Shown here: positions 19,779 to 29,135 of the stretch, in pieces
How positions within the stretch are numbered: position 1 is the first letter of the stretch
Layout: the number at the start of each line of letters is the position of its first letter
Assembly: GCA_012401045.1 (NCBI GenBank)
Contig: GCA_012401045.1_4704.2
Direction: 5' to 3' (one strand)
DNA: 64,000 bases
DNA from: a phage
The notes under the pieces: model-generated
Told to the model about the DNA's origin: nothing
The model's database searches: none
What the model saw: the letters and a program-made list of their open reading frames with translations, nothing else
Made by a program: the position numbers and the translations under genes

Positions 19779-21063
19779 TGCTGGTTTCCTCAAGTTCGAG
19801 ATGCGCGTCAAGATAATCATTAAGACCGTCGATGACGTCGCAGACAGTTAACAGGAATCGGGCAAAAGCAACCGCCTGGAAGCCGACGACGTTACGCGCG
19901 ATACCCACACGTTGAACGATAGCGGATGCGGCGGTATCGTTGTTGTCCATCTGTTGTAGCAGGCGCTCGTAAGGTTGAATCCATTCGTCCTGATCGGCAA
20001 GGCTTGCTTCAAGACAACGTTTAAATTCCAACTGTCGTAGCGTAGACCATAACGTACTTAATGCGTTGATGATCGCGTTGGTTCCGTCGATAACATCGTT
20101 TAACGGCAAGAAACGGAATCCGTCTTTTGCTGATTGGAAAGGTACGGCTTCCCACACAACGCTGAATTGCGTTCCTGTTGCGTCTTCGATGTTGTGTAAT
20201 TTAAGATAGGAAGCACCAACAGGTACGTCAACGACTAGATCGTCTGTTCCGGTAGGCGTTAACGGCTTCTCGCATAACGCATCGTTGATGACTTCAAGGA
20301 TATTCTCCCAACAGGCTTCGTTTTCTGCAGCGATACCTTCTTTGTTATCCGCTGATGGTGCTTTTAGTAGCCGCATTAATAACGGATCGAGTTGACGATG
20401 CCACGCTGCGAGGATTCCTGTGTTCGTTACGATGTTTTCTGCGGTTTGTCGTAAATCAGCAATACTGCTTACCGCACCGCCTTTCGGATGAAGATAACGC
20501 CAGTTGTAGGGAAAGTTCTCCCAGAACGCGTTATCTTCATCGACGTCGTATTCGGAAATATTTTTCAACGCAACCGCTTTCTTTAATAACGGCTTCACCT
20601 GACGAACGAATCGACGATAACAACGATTACAGATATCGATCGCGTAACGGTATAACTCGTTCATGTAAAGCCATAACGCTCGGGTTGCTTCTTTTGCGGT
20701 CTTGTCAAAACTTTCCATGTTCAAGCTCATCCCGCTGGAAGTTTCCTCTTCCAGACCCTCGATGATTTGGTTTGGGTCCATCCCCATCCCGGCTGCTGCG
20801 GTTGTTGCGATATGTTTGATGGTGTTAATATCGCGTTCTTCAACTTCAGCCATGTTTGGGACAATATCCAGCCTGAGTTTATTTAATGTTTGAAGGTGTT
20901 GTTCACCTTCTTTCATCACCGTGTTTGTTTCGTCGATTGAGTGAAACTGATTCTCAATATTACTGGCATCGAGAACGTTGCCAGCGATACCGAACGATTC
21001 TACAGGTTCATCATCAATCCCTTGAAATAACGATGTCATGGGTTGTTGTAACACGTTTTCCAT
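19762..21063 (-). CDS. paralogous acidic head-type protein (433 aa), candidate proteolytically processed internal head protein
   Basis: AGGAG RBS; acidic N-terminal region with I-I-E-G motif followed by amphipathic helix, shared with 21212..22501, 22511..23827, 23930..25252 and 35044..37839. Confidence 0.7.
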   Translation of the reverse strand: MENVLQQPMTSLFQGIDDEPVESFGIAGNVLDASNIENQFHSIDETNTVMKEGEQHLQTLNKLRLDIVPNMAEVEERDINTIKHIATTAAAGMGMDPNQIIEGLEEETSSGMSLNMESFDKTAKEATRALWLYMNELYRYAIDICNRCYRRFVRQVKPLLKKAVALKNISEYDVDEDNAFWENFPYNWRYLHPKGGAVSSIADLRQTAENIVTNTGILAAWHRQLDPLLMRLLKAPSADNKEGIAAENEACWENILEVINDALCEKPLTPTGTDDLVVDVPVGASYLKLHNIEDATGTQFSVVWEAVPFQSAKDGFRFLPLNDVIDGTNAIINALSTLWSTLRQLEFKRCLEASLADQDEWIQPYERLLQQMDNNDTAASAIVQRVGIARNVVGFQAVAFARFLLTVCDVIDGLNDYLDAHLELEETSNAADL

Positions 21064-21161
21064 TTGGGACTCCTACGTAGGAAAATCTTGGCGGGTGATC
21101 ATGTCCGCCATTTACCTTCTGAACCGTTGATTCAGAAGTCAAAAGATAACCGGATACCAAC

Positions 21162-21209
21162 GCCATAAACCTTCCTCCAACCCAACAGGGAAGGAGGAAG
21201 GGATATGGT
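21162..21209 (-). terminator. hairpin of the CCTTCCTCC...GGAGGAAGG family
   Basis: Downstream of 21212..22501; two further short palindromes at ~21089-21110 and ~21117-21138 in the same spacer. Confidence 0.55.
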
Positions 21210-21211
21210 GA

Positions 21212-22501
21212 TTATGCTTTTTCGGTCGCTGCGTTGAAGTATTTCGCAGCAGCAAATACAGCATCCGCATATTGACGTATCGAAGCGCGAAGAATCTTGG
21301 TTGACAATACTGTACTTAAACGTGCCATTTCAGAAACCGCGCTTACATAAGGACGGATGGTTTCACGATCGGCTTCAGGCAGCTTGTCAAGCATATCACC
21401 CCACTTCGTTTTGATTTTCATGCCGTTGAGTTTAGCGGTACGCTCCACAGAACCAGCCAAAGCTTCAACCATGTGGAAATAAGAGGAGTCTATCGTACGG
21501 AACACGTTAAGATAGGAAGTCAATGCACCTTTCAGTTCGTTATCGTCTTTGAAAATGTTTGCGTTCTCTATCTCACCGGTCGCCGTCGTCTCGGTTTCAA
21601 CCCGAATATTTTTCACCAACGTGTAGGCTTTAATCGCATCACGTTCGTTTTCAACAGCATCGAGACCTTGAATAACGAAACGTTTCCCACCGCTCTCTGG
21701 AAAAACAACTTTATTCAGAGCCGATTTGATCGCAAGCAGGTATTTGTCTAAGATAGACGGAAGCAGTGTGAGGTCAGTGAGGTCTGCGACCTTTTTATTG
21801 ATATCAGCCACTTGCTTAAACAATGAATCCACCCCGCTTGCGCTTGCAGCGAGTTGTTCGATATGCTTGCTTGCAAACACGGCATTCGCTGATTTCGCAT
21901 TAGGGAACATATTGACCATATTTCCAGTGGGCTTATCCAACTGTTTGATATGGCGCTCACCTTTATTCACAGCGGTTGCGATGTTGACAATTTTGTTGTA
22001 TGCGACAACCAGGTTCTTGAACAACATCTGGAACAGTTTGAACAGCTGCTCAGCGATATTCGCAATGATTACCCAGACCGCATATAACGCTTGTGCTGCG
22101 CGTTCTTTAAAACCTTCCAGTACAATAGCTTGCCCTTCCACCAAACGATCGTCGGCTTGGAACATGTCTTCATCGGACATCCCCAGGTTAGCTGCTGACG
22201 TCGAAGCAATCTGACGGATAAGTGCGATGTCGCTGGCGCGAGCTTCAGGGATCGTAGGTGCGATCATGTACGCGGTATCTTCCAGCGTTGCTGAGGTACG
22301 CACCGCAATTTCAGCCAGTTCGCTGGATTCATCGATCGTCTCGTCGGTACGTCGAATCACCAACTCAACTTCGTCCTCTTCGATTTCTGCGTTAGGATCG
22401 TGTTGCTCCGCTGGAATTGCTGCAAGAAGATCTTCGGCGCTGAGCAATGCGAGTTCGAATGCGTTTTTATTGACGTTATCAAAAAGAGAAATACGTGCCA
22501 T
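21212..22501 (-). CDS. paralogous acidic head-type protein (429 aa)
   Basis: AAGGA RBS; N-terminal acidic region and IVLEGFKERA motif then amphipathic helix; hairpin terminator after stop. Confidence 0.7.
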   Translation of the reverse strand: MARISLFDNVNKNAFELALLSAEDLLAAIPAEQHDPNAEIEEDEVELVIRRTDETIDESSELAEIAVRTSATLEDTAYMIAPTIPEARASDIALIRQIASTSAANLGMSDEDMFQADDRLVEGQAIVLEGFKERAAQALYAVWVIIANIAEQLFKLFQMLFKNLVVAYNKIVNIATAVNKGERHIKQLDKPTGNMVNMFPNAKSANAVFASKHIEQLAASASGVDSLFKQVADINKKVADLTDLTLLPSILDKYLLAIKSALNKVVFPESGGKRFVIQGLDAVENERDAIKAYTLVKNIRVETETTATGEIENANIFKDDNELKGALTSYLNVFRTIDSSYFHMVEALAGSVERTAKLNGMKIKTKWGDMLDKLPEADRETIRPYVSAVSEMARLSTVLSTKILRASIRQYADAVFAAAKYFNAATEKA

Positions 22502-22510
22502 GTTAGTTCC

Positions 22511-23827
22511 TTAACCTTTGGTATAAGCTTTAACGAGAGTGTTGATAAATGAAGTCAGTGCGCGAAGATATTGGTAAGCGAACTGGTTTTCAATACGGTT
22601 CTCTTTACCGCAAAGCAGAATCGCACGCTTAACGAGCTTAGGGTAGATCTCAACGTACGGTTGGTAGCTTGCATCAAAATTCTGCTCGTTGAAGCGTTTC
22701 ATGGTGATTTCCTGGATGCGCTCCATGGTGCGAATTTTATTGCGAGAGAACATCTCAGAGAAAGCGCGTCCGCGTTTTGTTACCATCAACAGATCTTTCG
22801 CGAACGTCAGTTGTCGAACGTTACGCAAATCGTCCGGTGTCGGCAGGACGTACGTTTCCGGGTCACTATCCCATTCAACATCTTCAACGACAATATCCAA
22901 GTCGAGGTAACGTTTAACCGCATCGATGATATTGTCTTTTGACGCATCGAATTCTTTCAAGAAGACCGCGCCGTTGATGTAGCGGATGCGTTTTCCGGAA
23001 ACCGTTGGGGTGATAACGTCAGTACCTTCCACGGAACCGCGATTTTCCAGCGTCGATTTGACAGCGTTCAAGAAAGTCAGATAATCAACGGGAAGTTTTT
23101 CAACCTTATCTAAATGGAAGTCGACGATGCTTAATCCTAACCCATCAATAACTGAATAGCCGTCTGATTTAAGGAACATCTGATTGAAGGTATCGATGTT
23201 GCTTTTCAGCGCGTCTACGCCACCAACGTTGTTACGGTTAGGGAAAAGTGTCCGCCACTCCGCTTTAAACGCAACTTCTTTATTTTCCTCGTATTTGCCT
23301 TTAGGCATTTGTTCGAGGTCTGCAACGGCTTTCTGAAAATTGCGCGTCTCGTCGTAAACAAGACGGGTAAGCTTCTCGAAGGCTGCTGCCAAGGTCAGGG
23401 CAATATCAACGATGATATCCCAGATCTTTTTCATGGCTTTTACAACGGTGTCCTTAAACCCTTCAATAACCAAAGCTTCTCCAACCTCAACACGATCGGT
23501 TGGCGTCAGCAATGCTTCGGAGGGTAGACCCAGAGCAATCGATGCGGATTCTTGCACGTTACGAACTAATGCAACGTCACTGTAGTTAGCCGATTCGATA
23601 GTCGGAGCAACATCAAAACTGATTTCCCGCAGTGCAGCAACAGCAGGGAAAGCACGATCAAGTGCGTCTTCATGTTCGTCGATTGTCGCCAAACGCAATT
23701 CAACACCATCGGCATCGATGACATCGGCTGTAGGCTCCACGGCAAGCGCCTCAGCAACAATAGGATCTTTTTCAAACGCCTCAAGGCTGATATCGCCTTG
23801 GGTCGCAAATAGCGGTATGTGTACCAT
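22511..23827 (-). CDS. paralogous acidic head-type protein (~438 aa)
   Basis: Track ORF starts at TTG (23851); first ATG is codon 9 with GGAGA RBS; LVIEGFKD motif. Confidence 0.7.
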   Translation of the reverse strand: MVHIPLFATQGDISLEAFEKDPIVAEALAVEPTADVIDADGVELRLATIDEHEDALDRAFPAVAALREISFDVAPTIESANYSDVALVRNVQESASIALGLPSEALLTPTDRVEVGEALVIEGFKDTVVKAMKKIWDIIVDIALTLAAAFEKLTRLVYDETRNFQKAVADLEQMPKGKYEENKEVAFKAEWRTLFPNRNNVGGVDALKSNIDTFNQMFLKSDGYSVIDGLGLSIVDFHLDKVEKLPVDYLTFLNAVKSTLENRGSVEGTDVITPTVSGKRIRYINGAVFLKEFDASKDNIIDAVKRYLDLDIVVEDVEWDSDPETYVLPTPDDLRNVRQLTFAKDLLMVTKRGRAFSEMFSRNKIRTMERIQEITMKRFNEQNFDASYQPYVEIYPKLVKRAILLCGKENRIENQFAYQYLRALTSFINTLVKAYTKG

Positions 23828-23867
23828 GTGTTGTCTCCAGTAATGATTCAAAAGATAAACCTGAGCG

Positions 23868-23913
23868 GCATAGAACCCTCTCCCAACCCGTCAGGGAAGG
23901 GAGAGGGGATATG
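23868..23913 (-). terminator. hairpin of the CCCTCTCCC...GGGAGAGGG family
   Basis: Downstream of the highly expressed gene 23930..25252. Confidence 0.55.
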
Positions 23914-23929
23914 TCAGTTTATTAACTGA

Positions 23930-25252
23930 TTACTGCTGTGCTGCGTCAGCCGGTTTCTCAGCCGCCTGGCCGCCGTACTCTTTCAGCATTTTAGCAACGC
24001 CATCCAGGACAGCGTTACCTGCCTGAACACCGTATTTCATCAGACCAGTCTGCGGGTTCACGTAGCAGGAACGTGCGTCTTTCAGTGCAGACAGTACAGC
24101 TTGAACACGCTGTTTTTCCTGAGCGGAAACTTCGCCTTTCTTAGACAGATCGGCTTCCATATCGTCACCGAATTTAACAGCGTCTTTGAAGCCCTGGGAT
24201 TTCTTACCGATGTTGCCTTTCAGCGCCAGCAGTTTGTCAGCCAGTACTTCAACACCGCTAACCGCAGCAGCCAGCTGATTCAGGGACAGGACGGTAGCTT
24301 CAACTTCTTTTGCTTCGCCAGAGCGTTCCCAGGTTACTTTACCATCGTTGGCTTTGAAACCCCAGCCCGCAGGACCAGCAACGTCGGCAATCGCCGGAGC
24401 GTTCAGTTTATCAGCGTACTCGGTGTGAGATTTAGCGACAACGGTACCAACGAATTTATCAGCACGATCGTCAGCAGCCTTCATTGCTTTCTCGAAGGTG
24501 TCAGCGATTTTGGTCGCGCCGGTAACCAGATCATCACCACCGATGTAACCAGAAACGCCGCTACCCAGCTTAACTTTGGTATTTTTAGCAACGCCTTTAC
24601 GCTTGCCGATCATTTCTTTCAGTTTAGCAGCACGTGCTTTCAGTTTGGTCGCGCCGTCGAAGATGCGATCCATGAACTTCACGAAGGTTTCCCAGGAAGT
24701 TTTCAGGAAGTTCTTGATGGTTGCCCACAGTTTCTGCCACCATTTTTGTTCTTCCAGGAAGATCATGTTGGTTGCATCGTAGCGGGAAGCGGAACCACCG
24801 AAGCTTTCGAAGGACGGCATGGTTTCCGGCAGTTTGAAACCGATAGTACCACACAGACGTTTCAGATTACGCATGTGTTCCTGAGCGGTCTGTGCAGACA
24901 TACCGCCGTCTTTCAGGTAGCTTTCGGTTGCAACAACGGTTTCCGTCAGTTCATCCATGGCTTCGTCCATGGCTTCTGCGGTTTCGTCGTCTTTTGCAAT
25001 TTCGATAACAACAGCATCAACCTGCTCGATATCACCACGAACTTCGATAGCCAGTTCGGTTTCAGCTGCGGTATCTTCAGCGATTTCAGCACGTTCGGTC
25101 AGTTCAGCCACAACGGTTTCATCCGCTGGTGCAGCATCAGCTGCCGGTTCTGCTTCAACGGTTGCCGCTGCATCCGGGTCGATCTCAGCAGCCAGTTGAA
25201 CCAGCTGTGCGTTAGATGGATTTGCGACAAGACGATCAAAAATAGAAGGCAT
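23930..25252 (-). CDS. abundant Ala-rich acidic head-type protein (440 aa), member of paralog family
   Basis: Strongly host-optimal codon usage, AAGGA RBS, hairpin terminator after stop; acidic N-terminus then amphipathic helix. Confidence 0.7.
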   Translation of the reverse strand: MPSIFDRLVANPSNAQLVQLAAEIDPDAAATVEAEPAADAAPADETVVAELTERAEIAEDTAAETELAIEVRGDIEQVDAVVIEIAKDDETAEAMDEAMDELTETVVATESYLKDGGMSAQTAQEHMRNLKRLCGTIGFKLPETMPSFESFGGSASRYDATNMIFLEEQKWWQKLWATIKNFLKTSWETFVKFMDRIFDGATKLKARAAKLKEMIGKRKGVAKNTKVKLGSGVSGYIGGDDLVTGATKIADTFEKAMKAADDRADKFVGTVVAKSHTEYADKLNAPAIADVAGPAGWGFKANDGKVTWERSGEAKEVEATVLSLNQLAAAVSGVEVLADKLLALKGNIGKKSQGFKDAVKFGDDMEADLSKKGEVSAQEKQRVQAVLSALKDARSCYVNPQTGLMKYGVQAGNAVLDGVAKMLKEYGGQAAEKPADAAQQ

Positions 25253-25316
25253 AATTTGTTTCCTTTACAATAAATTGCACATTAGCTAATGCGGCTTAAG
25301 TGAACCGTCAGCTCAC

Positions 25317-25847
25317 TTAAAAGCCCTTAAAACCCGGTGCCATAGGTTGCCCAAACACCGCATTCAAAGTACATATGATGTCCTGGATGCCATTGTCCCA
25401 ATGGAGCCAAGTACGCACCATCTCTTCGTCTGACAACGTGATATAACTCATAAGTTTACCGCTGCTTTCCAGACGTTGGTGTGAACTTAACGACTGACGA
25501 TCTGACCAGTTATCAATCAATTGACCAGCAATCTGAACGTTCGTGTCTCGTCTACCCGTGTGAATGAACCGTAGTGTATCACGGATAAACTCCAGACTGG
25601 TGAAGTTCAGATTTGGGTTATGGCTGTTCATTTCCACCCAATCGGTGATGGGGTACATCAAACGATAAAGGGTAGAAAGAACCTGACGTTCATATTTCCA
25701 GTCATCGAGAGGAGTACCGTCGACCAGACGCTGATACAAACTAACAACGTCACGATCGTAGTTCTCCTGACGTTTTACACCGTTAACCGGAAATCCAAAG
25801 AACCCGGTACCGTATAACGTTAAAGGGACGTCACGAAGTGCATTCAT
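25317..25847 (-). CDS. hypothetical protein (176 aa)
   Basis: ATG start overlapping upstream stop; hairpin overlapping its own stop. Confidence 0.65.
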   Translation of the reverse strand: MNALRDVPLTLYGTGFFGFPVNGVKRQENYDRDVVSLYQRLVDGTPLDDWKYERQVLSTLYRLMYPITDWVEMNSHNPNLNFTSLEFIRDTLRFIHTGRRDTNVQIAGQLIDNWSDRQSLSSHQRLESSGKLMSYITLSDEEMVRTWLHWDNGIQDIICTLNAVFGQPMAPGFKGF

Positions 25848-26746
25848 ACAGCCGCCTCTTCTTTTCGTTTAATATCGTAACGAAGTTTCTTCAGTCGCTC
25901 TTCGTGATATTCGATCTGCTGCTGGATTTTTGGATCGTTGCCTGCATTCTGCTGTTTTTGCTTCAGTGACAAAATCCAATACTCCAACGCTTGGGCTTCT
26001 TCTTTGGCCGCTTGTAATGATGCTTCTTCACGTTCGCTGCGCCAGATACGGAAACGGTAAACAAGCGTGTCGGTTACATCACCGTTAGCCCACGAACCCA
26101 TGCGCATCGGGTCAGTATTACCCGCGTTGTACAATCCGTTACCAACACCGTCTTCATCAGAAACCACAACATCCGGGATTTTATCCAACCCAGCAAGGAT
26201 CTGTTGTTTCTGTCCACACAGCACCTCGGTGGCGATGGCGAAGCCGTACATGTTGGCGGTCAGGTAAGCAATCTCGTTTTTGGTGAAGAACTCACCAAGT
26301 GCTTTATCACCACCCGGCATGCTTTCGCAGATGACCGTTGCACGAAGCAGCGTACGGGCGTAGCTAACGTAGAAGCCCAGGGATTCAACAAGACGTACCA
26401 GAGCGGCTTCTTTGAAACTTAGACCGTCAGCAGCAACATCGATTTCCAGGTTTTTGTTAACGCGTTTAACAATTTCTGGAATCAGGTCAACAGCATTGCG
26501 TAGCGCTAAGTGAACGTTTTCTACCCAGCTTCCAGAGCGAACGCGGGTTAAACGCTGGTGAAGATCCTTGTCAGCAAGTTTCCATAAGGCGCTTTCACCC
26601 TTTTGGAGAAGCGAAGCGGATGTCTCGTAGTAAGGAATCGCGGTGTTGTTGATTTCGTCACGGATTGATTCGAGTGCGTCAGCAACACCGGTGCGTTTAA
26701 AAAGCGGCTTCAAACCGCGAATGAATTCTTTAAAATCGATTGCCAT
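25844..26746 (-). CDS. hypothetical protein (300 aa) with C-terminal coiled-coil
   Basis: ATG-initiated ORF in same operon-like block. Confidence 0.7.
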   Translation of the reverse strand: MAIDFKEFIRGLKPLFKRTGVADALESIRDEINNTAIPYYETSASLLQKGESALWKLADKDLHQRLTRVRSGSWVENVHLALRNAVDLIPEIVKRVNKNLEIDVAADGLSFKEAALVRLVESLGFYVSYARTLLRATVICESMPGGDKALGEFFTKNEIAYLTANMYGFAIATEVLCGQKQQILAGLDKIPDVVVSDEDGVGNGLYNAGNTDPMRMGSWANGDVTDTLVYRFRIWRSEREEASLQAAKEEAQALEYWILSLKQKQQNAGNDPKIQQQIEYHEERLKKLRYDIKRKEEAAV

Positions 26747-26785
26747 GAGTGAGCACCTATGCTATTTCGAAACAGGTTACGTGTA

Positions 26786-27892
26786 TTAACGAATCTGTGG
26801 GACGTTTCCGGTACGGAGCGCCTGGAGGATCGTCAGAAGATCGGAACCCGAGGTTGACGAACTGTTGGATTTTTCCAGTTGCTTGAAGCTTACGGTGGTC
26901 CCTTGATCCAAGCTGTGGAAATAGAAGGTCACCATCTCTTCAGCTTCGTCGATGATGATCAACTGCATTGCGAGGGCTTCAGCCATGACTTTCTGACGTG
27001 TGGTATAGTCAGATAAACGACGTCCGATCTTACGCTCGATGGCTTCCTGGTTAGCCTTAGAGATGATATAGGTGGAGGCGATGGCTCCAGAAGAAGGGAT
27101 CTTTGTGCTCGCTGCAGCTTTTGCGGCATTGATGCGTGCAGCATTAACAGCCTTGCGGATACCCTCTTTATCCATACGTGAGATTCGTTTATGTTCACGA
27201 ACCAGATCGCTAAGCAGGATCATATCGCTCCAGAAAGACAGCTCACCTGCCATCATGCGATGCCAACGTGCTCGCCAGGTGTTCTGTGGGCCACCGATCG
27301 CTAAAATCGATGCAAGCACTTCCGCTGGAGAGCTTGCAATACGCATGCTGATGTTCAACGGCATTTTCATCGTTGCTTGACCATCGGTCAGCGTCACGGT
27401 TAAGAACTTGCCGGTAACCGCGTTCGCATCTTTGTTCAGCAATTCGATCGCAGCGTCGCTGGCTCCAACATCGAGGCTATTTTTTTGTTTCCCCTGCAGG
27501 TTGAATCCTTTGTCATCAAGGAAAACAAGGCTTTTGCTATCCGCACTTTCCAGCGCTAATTTAACAGCCTTATCCATCAGGTTAGCGTTACGATTTGGGT
27601 TCACACGACCCAGCGTTTTGTCTACACTGATATTACCCACCTGCATGATGGTATTCAACGCCAGTAAATAGAACCCGGTATACATGTTTTCAGCGGTGCG
27701 CATGCAGTTGCCTAACGCATTGCGTGCGTCGCTATAATACAACTCACGTTCAAAGATCAACGGCGCGATAACGCGTGAAGGTTGTGAGAGTTCAACCAGC
27801 GAACCTGGCTGGATAAGTTTATTAACTTCGTAGACTTTAGCGATACCGGACGCAACAACGTTAACAGCGTCGGCAATTTCTGATGCTACCAT
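26786..27892 (-). CDS. hypothetical protein (368 aa)
   Basis: ATG-initiated ORF; first gene of the minus-strand block, diverging from plus-strand gene 27927..29132. Confidence 0.7.
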   Translation of the reverse strand: MVASEIADAVNVVASGIAKVYEVNKLIQPGSLVELSQPSRVIAPLIFERELYYSDARNALGNCMRTAENMYTGFYLLALNTIMQVGNISVDKTLGRVNPNRNANLMDKAVKLALESADSKSLVFLDDKGFNLQGKQKNSLDVGASDAAIELLNKDANAVTGKFLTVTLTDGQATMKMPLNISMRIASSPAEVLASILAIGGPQNTWRARWHRMMAGELSFWSDMILLSDLVREHKRISRMDKEGIRKAVNAARINAAKAAASTKIPSSGAIASTYIISKANQEAIERKIGRRLSDYTTRQKVMAEALAMQLIIIDEAEEMVTFYFHSLDQGTTVSFKQLEKSNSSSTSGSDLLTILQALRTGNVPQIR

Positions 27893-27926
27893 ATTGAAAT
27901 CCTTATTTACAAATAAAGGAAAGAAA

Positions 27927-29132
27927 ATGTCTAATTACTACGACCAAGCTATTCAAACCATTCAGGAGAATAATGCGTCGTTAACACCCGAAGCTGTGGA
28001 GGCAGCGGGCAATGCGGTGTTATTCACTGATTCGGATTGGGCAATAGCGCGGAAGAATATTCGTACCAGTGTCGGTCAAGGGACATACGAGGACAGTATC
28101 GCCAGACGGTATCGGAATGTGTCACCTATTCCGGGTAACAGCCCGATCCCGATTAACCGCGATCATGCCGGTATTACCTTCTTCACACGACCTAATTTAC
28201 ATCTTACCGACGCGAACTTAAAACGAGATCGACGTTTGTGGTCGTTACGTACGGATAACCCTAACAGTATTCAGGCTGTTGTCCGTGATTACTTGGACCC
28301 TGTGGGTGCCAGAAAGCGGAACCATCGAGGACGTGCCATCGTCGATGAGCGCAATCCATTCATAAGTATACTGACGGACAACCTAACGGATATCAGTGGC
28401 TTCAACGACATGGAAATGCAGGTTTACCAGGGTAAACCGGGATTACGTCAAGAAACCGTTGTGATGGCTGACGGTTCGGTGGATATGTTCCAGCCCTATA
28501 ACCTGAACGCGACGTTCAAGAACATCATGGGTAACCCCATCATGTTCCTTCATTATATTTGGTTGATTTACATCGCAGGTGTGCATAATGGCGAACTGAC
28601 GCCAAGCCCTCAGGCCATCATTGATAATGAAATGGATTACTGGACAAGATGTTATCGTATCATCTTGGATCCGACTGGGATGTATGTTCGTTATATCTTC
28701 GCACCGACCGCGATGTTTCCTGTCGGGTTACCGATTGGTAATATGGCTAACTACAGCATCGATAAACCCTTCACGCAAGATAACGAACGTATCACTATCC
28801 CATACCAAGCGGTTGGTAACAACGCATTCGATGAAATTCTGAAGGATGAATTCAATCGCCTTGTCCTGATGTTCTATTACGGTGAGAACGATACCCGTAC
28901 GTTCCTTGAAGATGAGGAGCTGGTACCTATCTCACCCTACGAGCGTCGAATCATGTCGTATCGTGTCGATATGTATCCATTTATTCATCCGTTGACCTCA
29001 GAGCTTCTTTGGTTCGTACCCGCTGATGATTACAACGAATTCTATCTGGATCTTGAGCCGTCGGCGTTACCACCGGATACGTTCAGTCGCGATCTTGTCC
29101 GTACCACCATTCCGCAAAATTACGAGGGATAA
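27927..29132 (+). CDS. hypothetical protein (~401 aa)
   Basis: Track ORF starts at TTG (27894); first ATG is codon 12, preceded by AAAGGAAAG. Confidence 0.7.
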   Translation: MSNYYDQAIQTIQENNASLTPEAVEAAGNAVLFTDSDWAIARKNIRTSVGQGTYEDSIARRYRNVSPIPGNSPIPINRDHAGITFFTRPNLHLTDANLKRDRRLWSLRTDNPNSIQAVVRDYLDPVGARKRNHRGRAIVDERNPFISILTDNLTDISGFNDMEMQVYQGKPGLRQETVVMADGSVDMFQPYNLNATFKNIMGNPIMFLHYIWLIYIAGVHNGELTPSPQAIIDNEMDYWTRCYRIILDPTGMYVRYIFAPTAMFPVGLPIGNMANYSIDKPFTQDNERITIPYQAVGNNAFDEILKDEFNRLVLMFYYGENDTRTFLEDEELVPISPYERRIMSYRVDMYPFIHPLTSELLWFVPADDYNEFYLDLEPSALPPDTFSRDLVRTTIPQNYEG

Positions 29133-29135
29133 TAA

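Noticed and set aside
24101-25273. 390-aa plus-strand ORF antisense to 23930..25252
   Set aside because: Shadow ORF opposite a highly expressed, codon-optimised gene; no start context; low-complexity composition.
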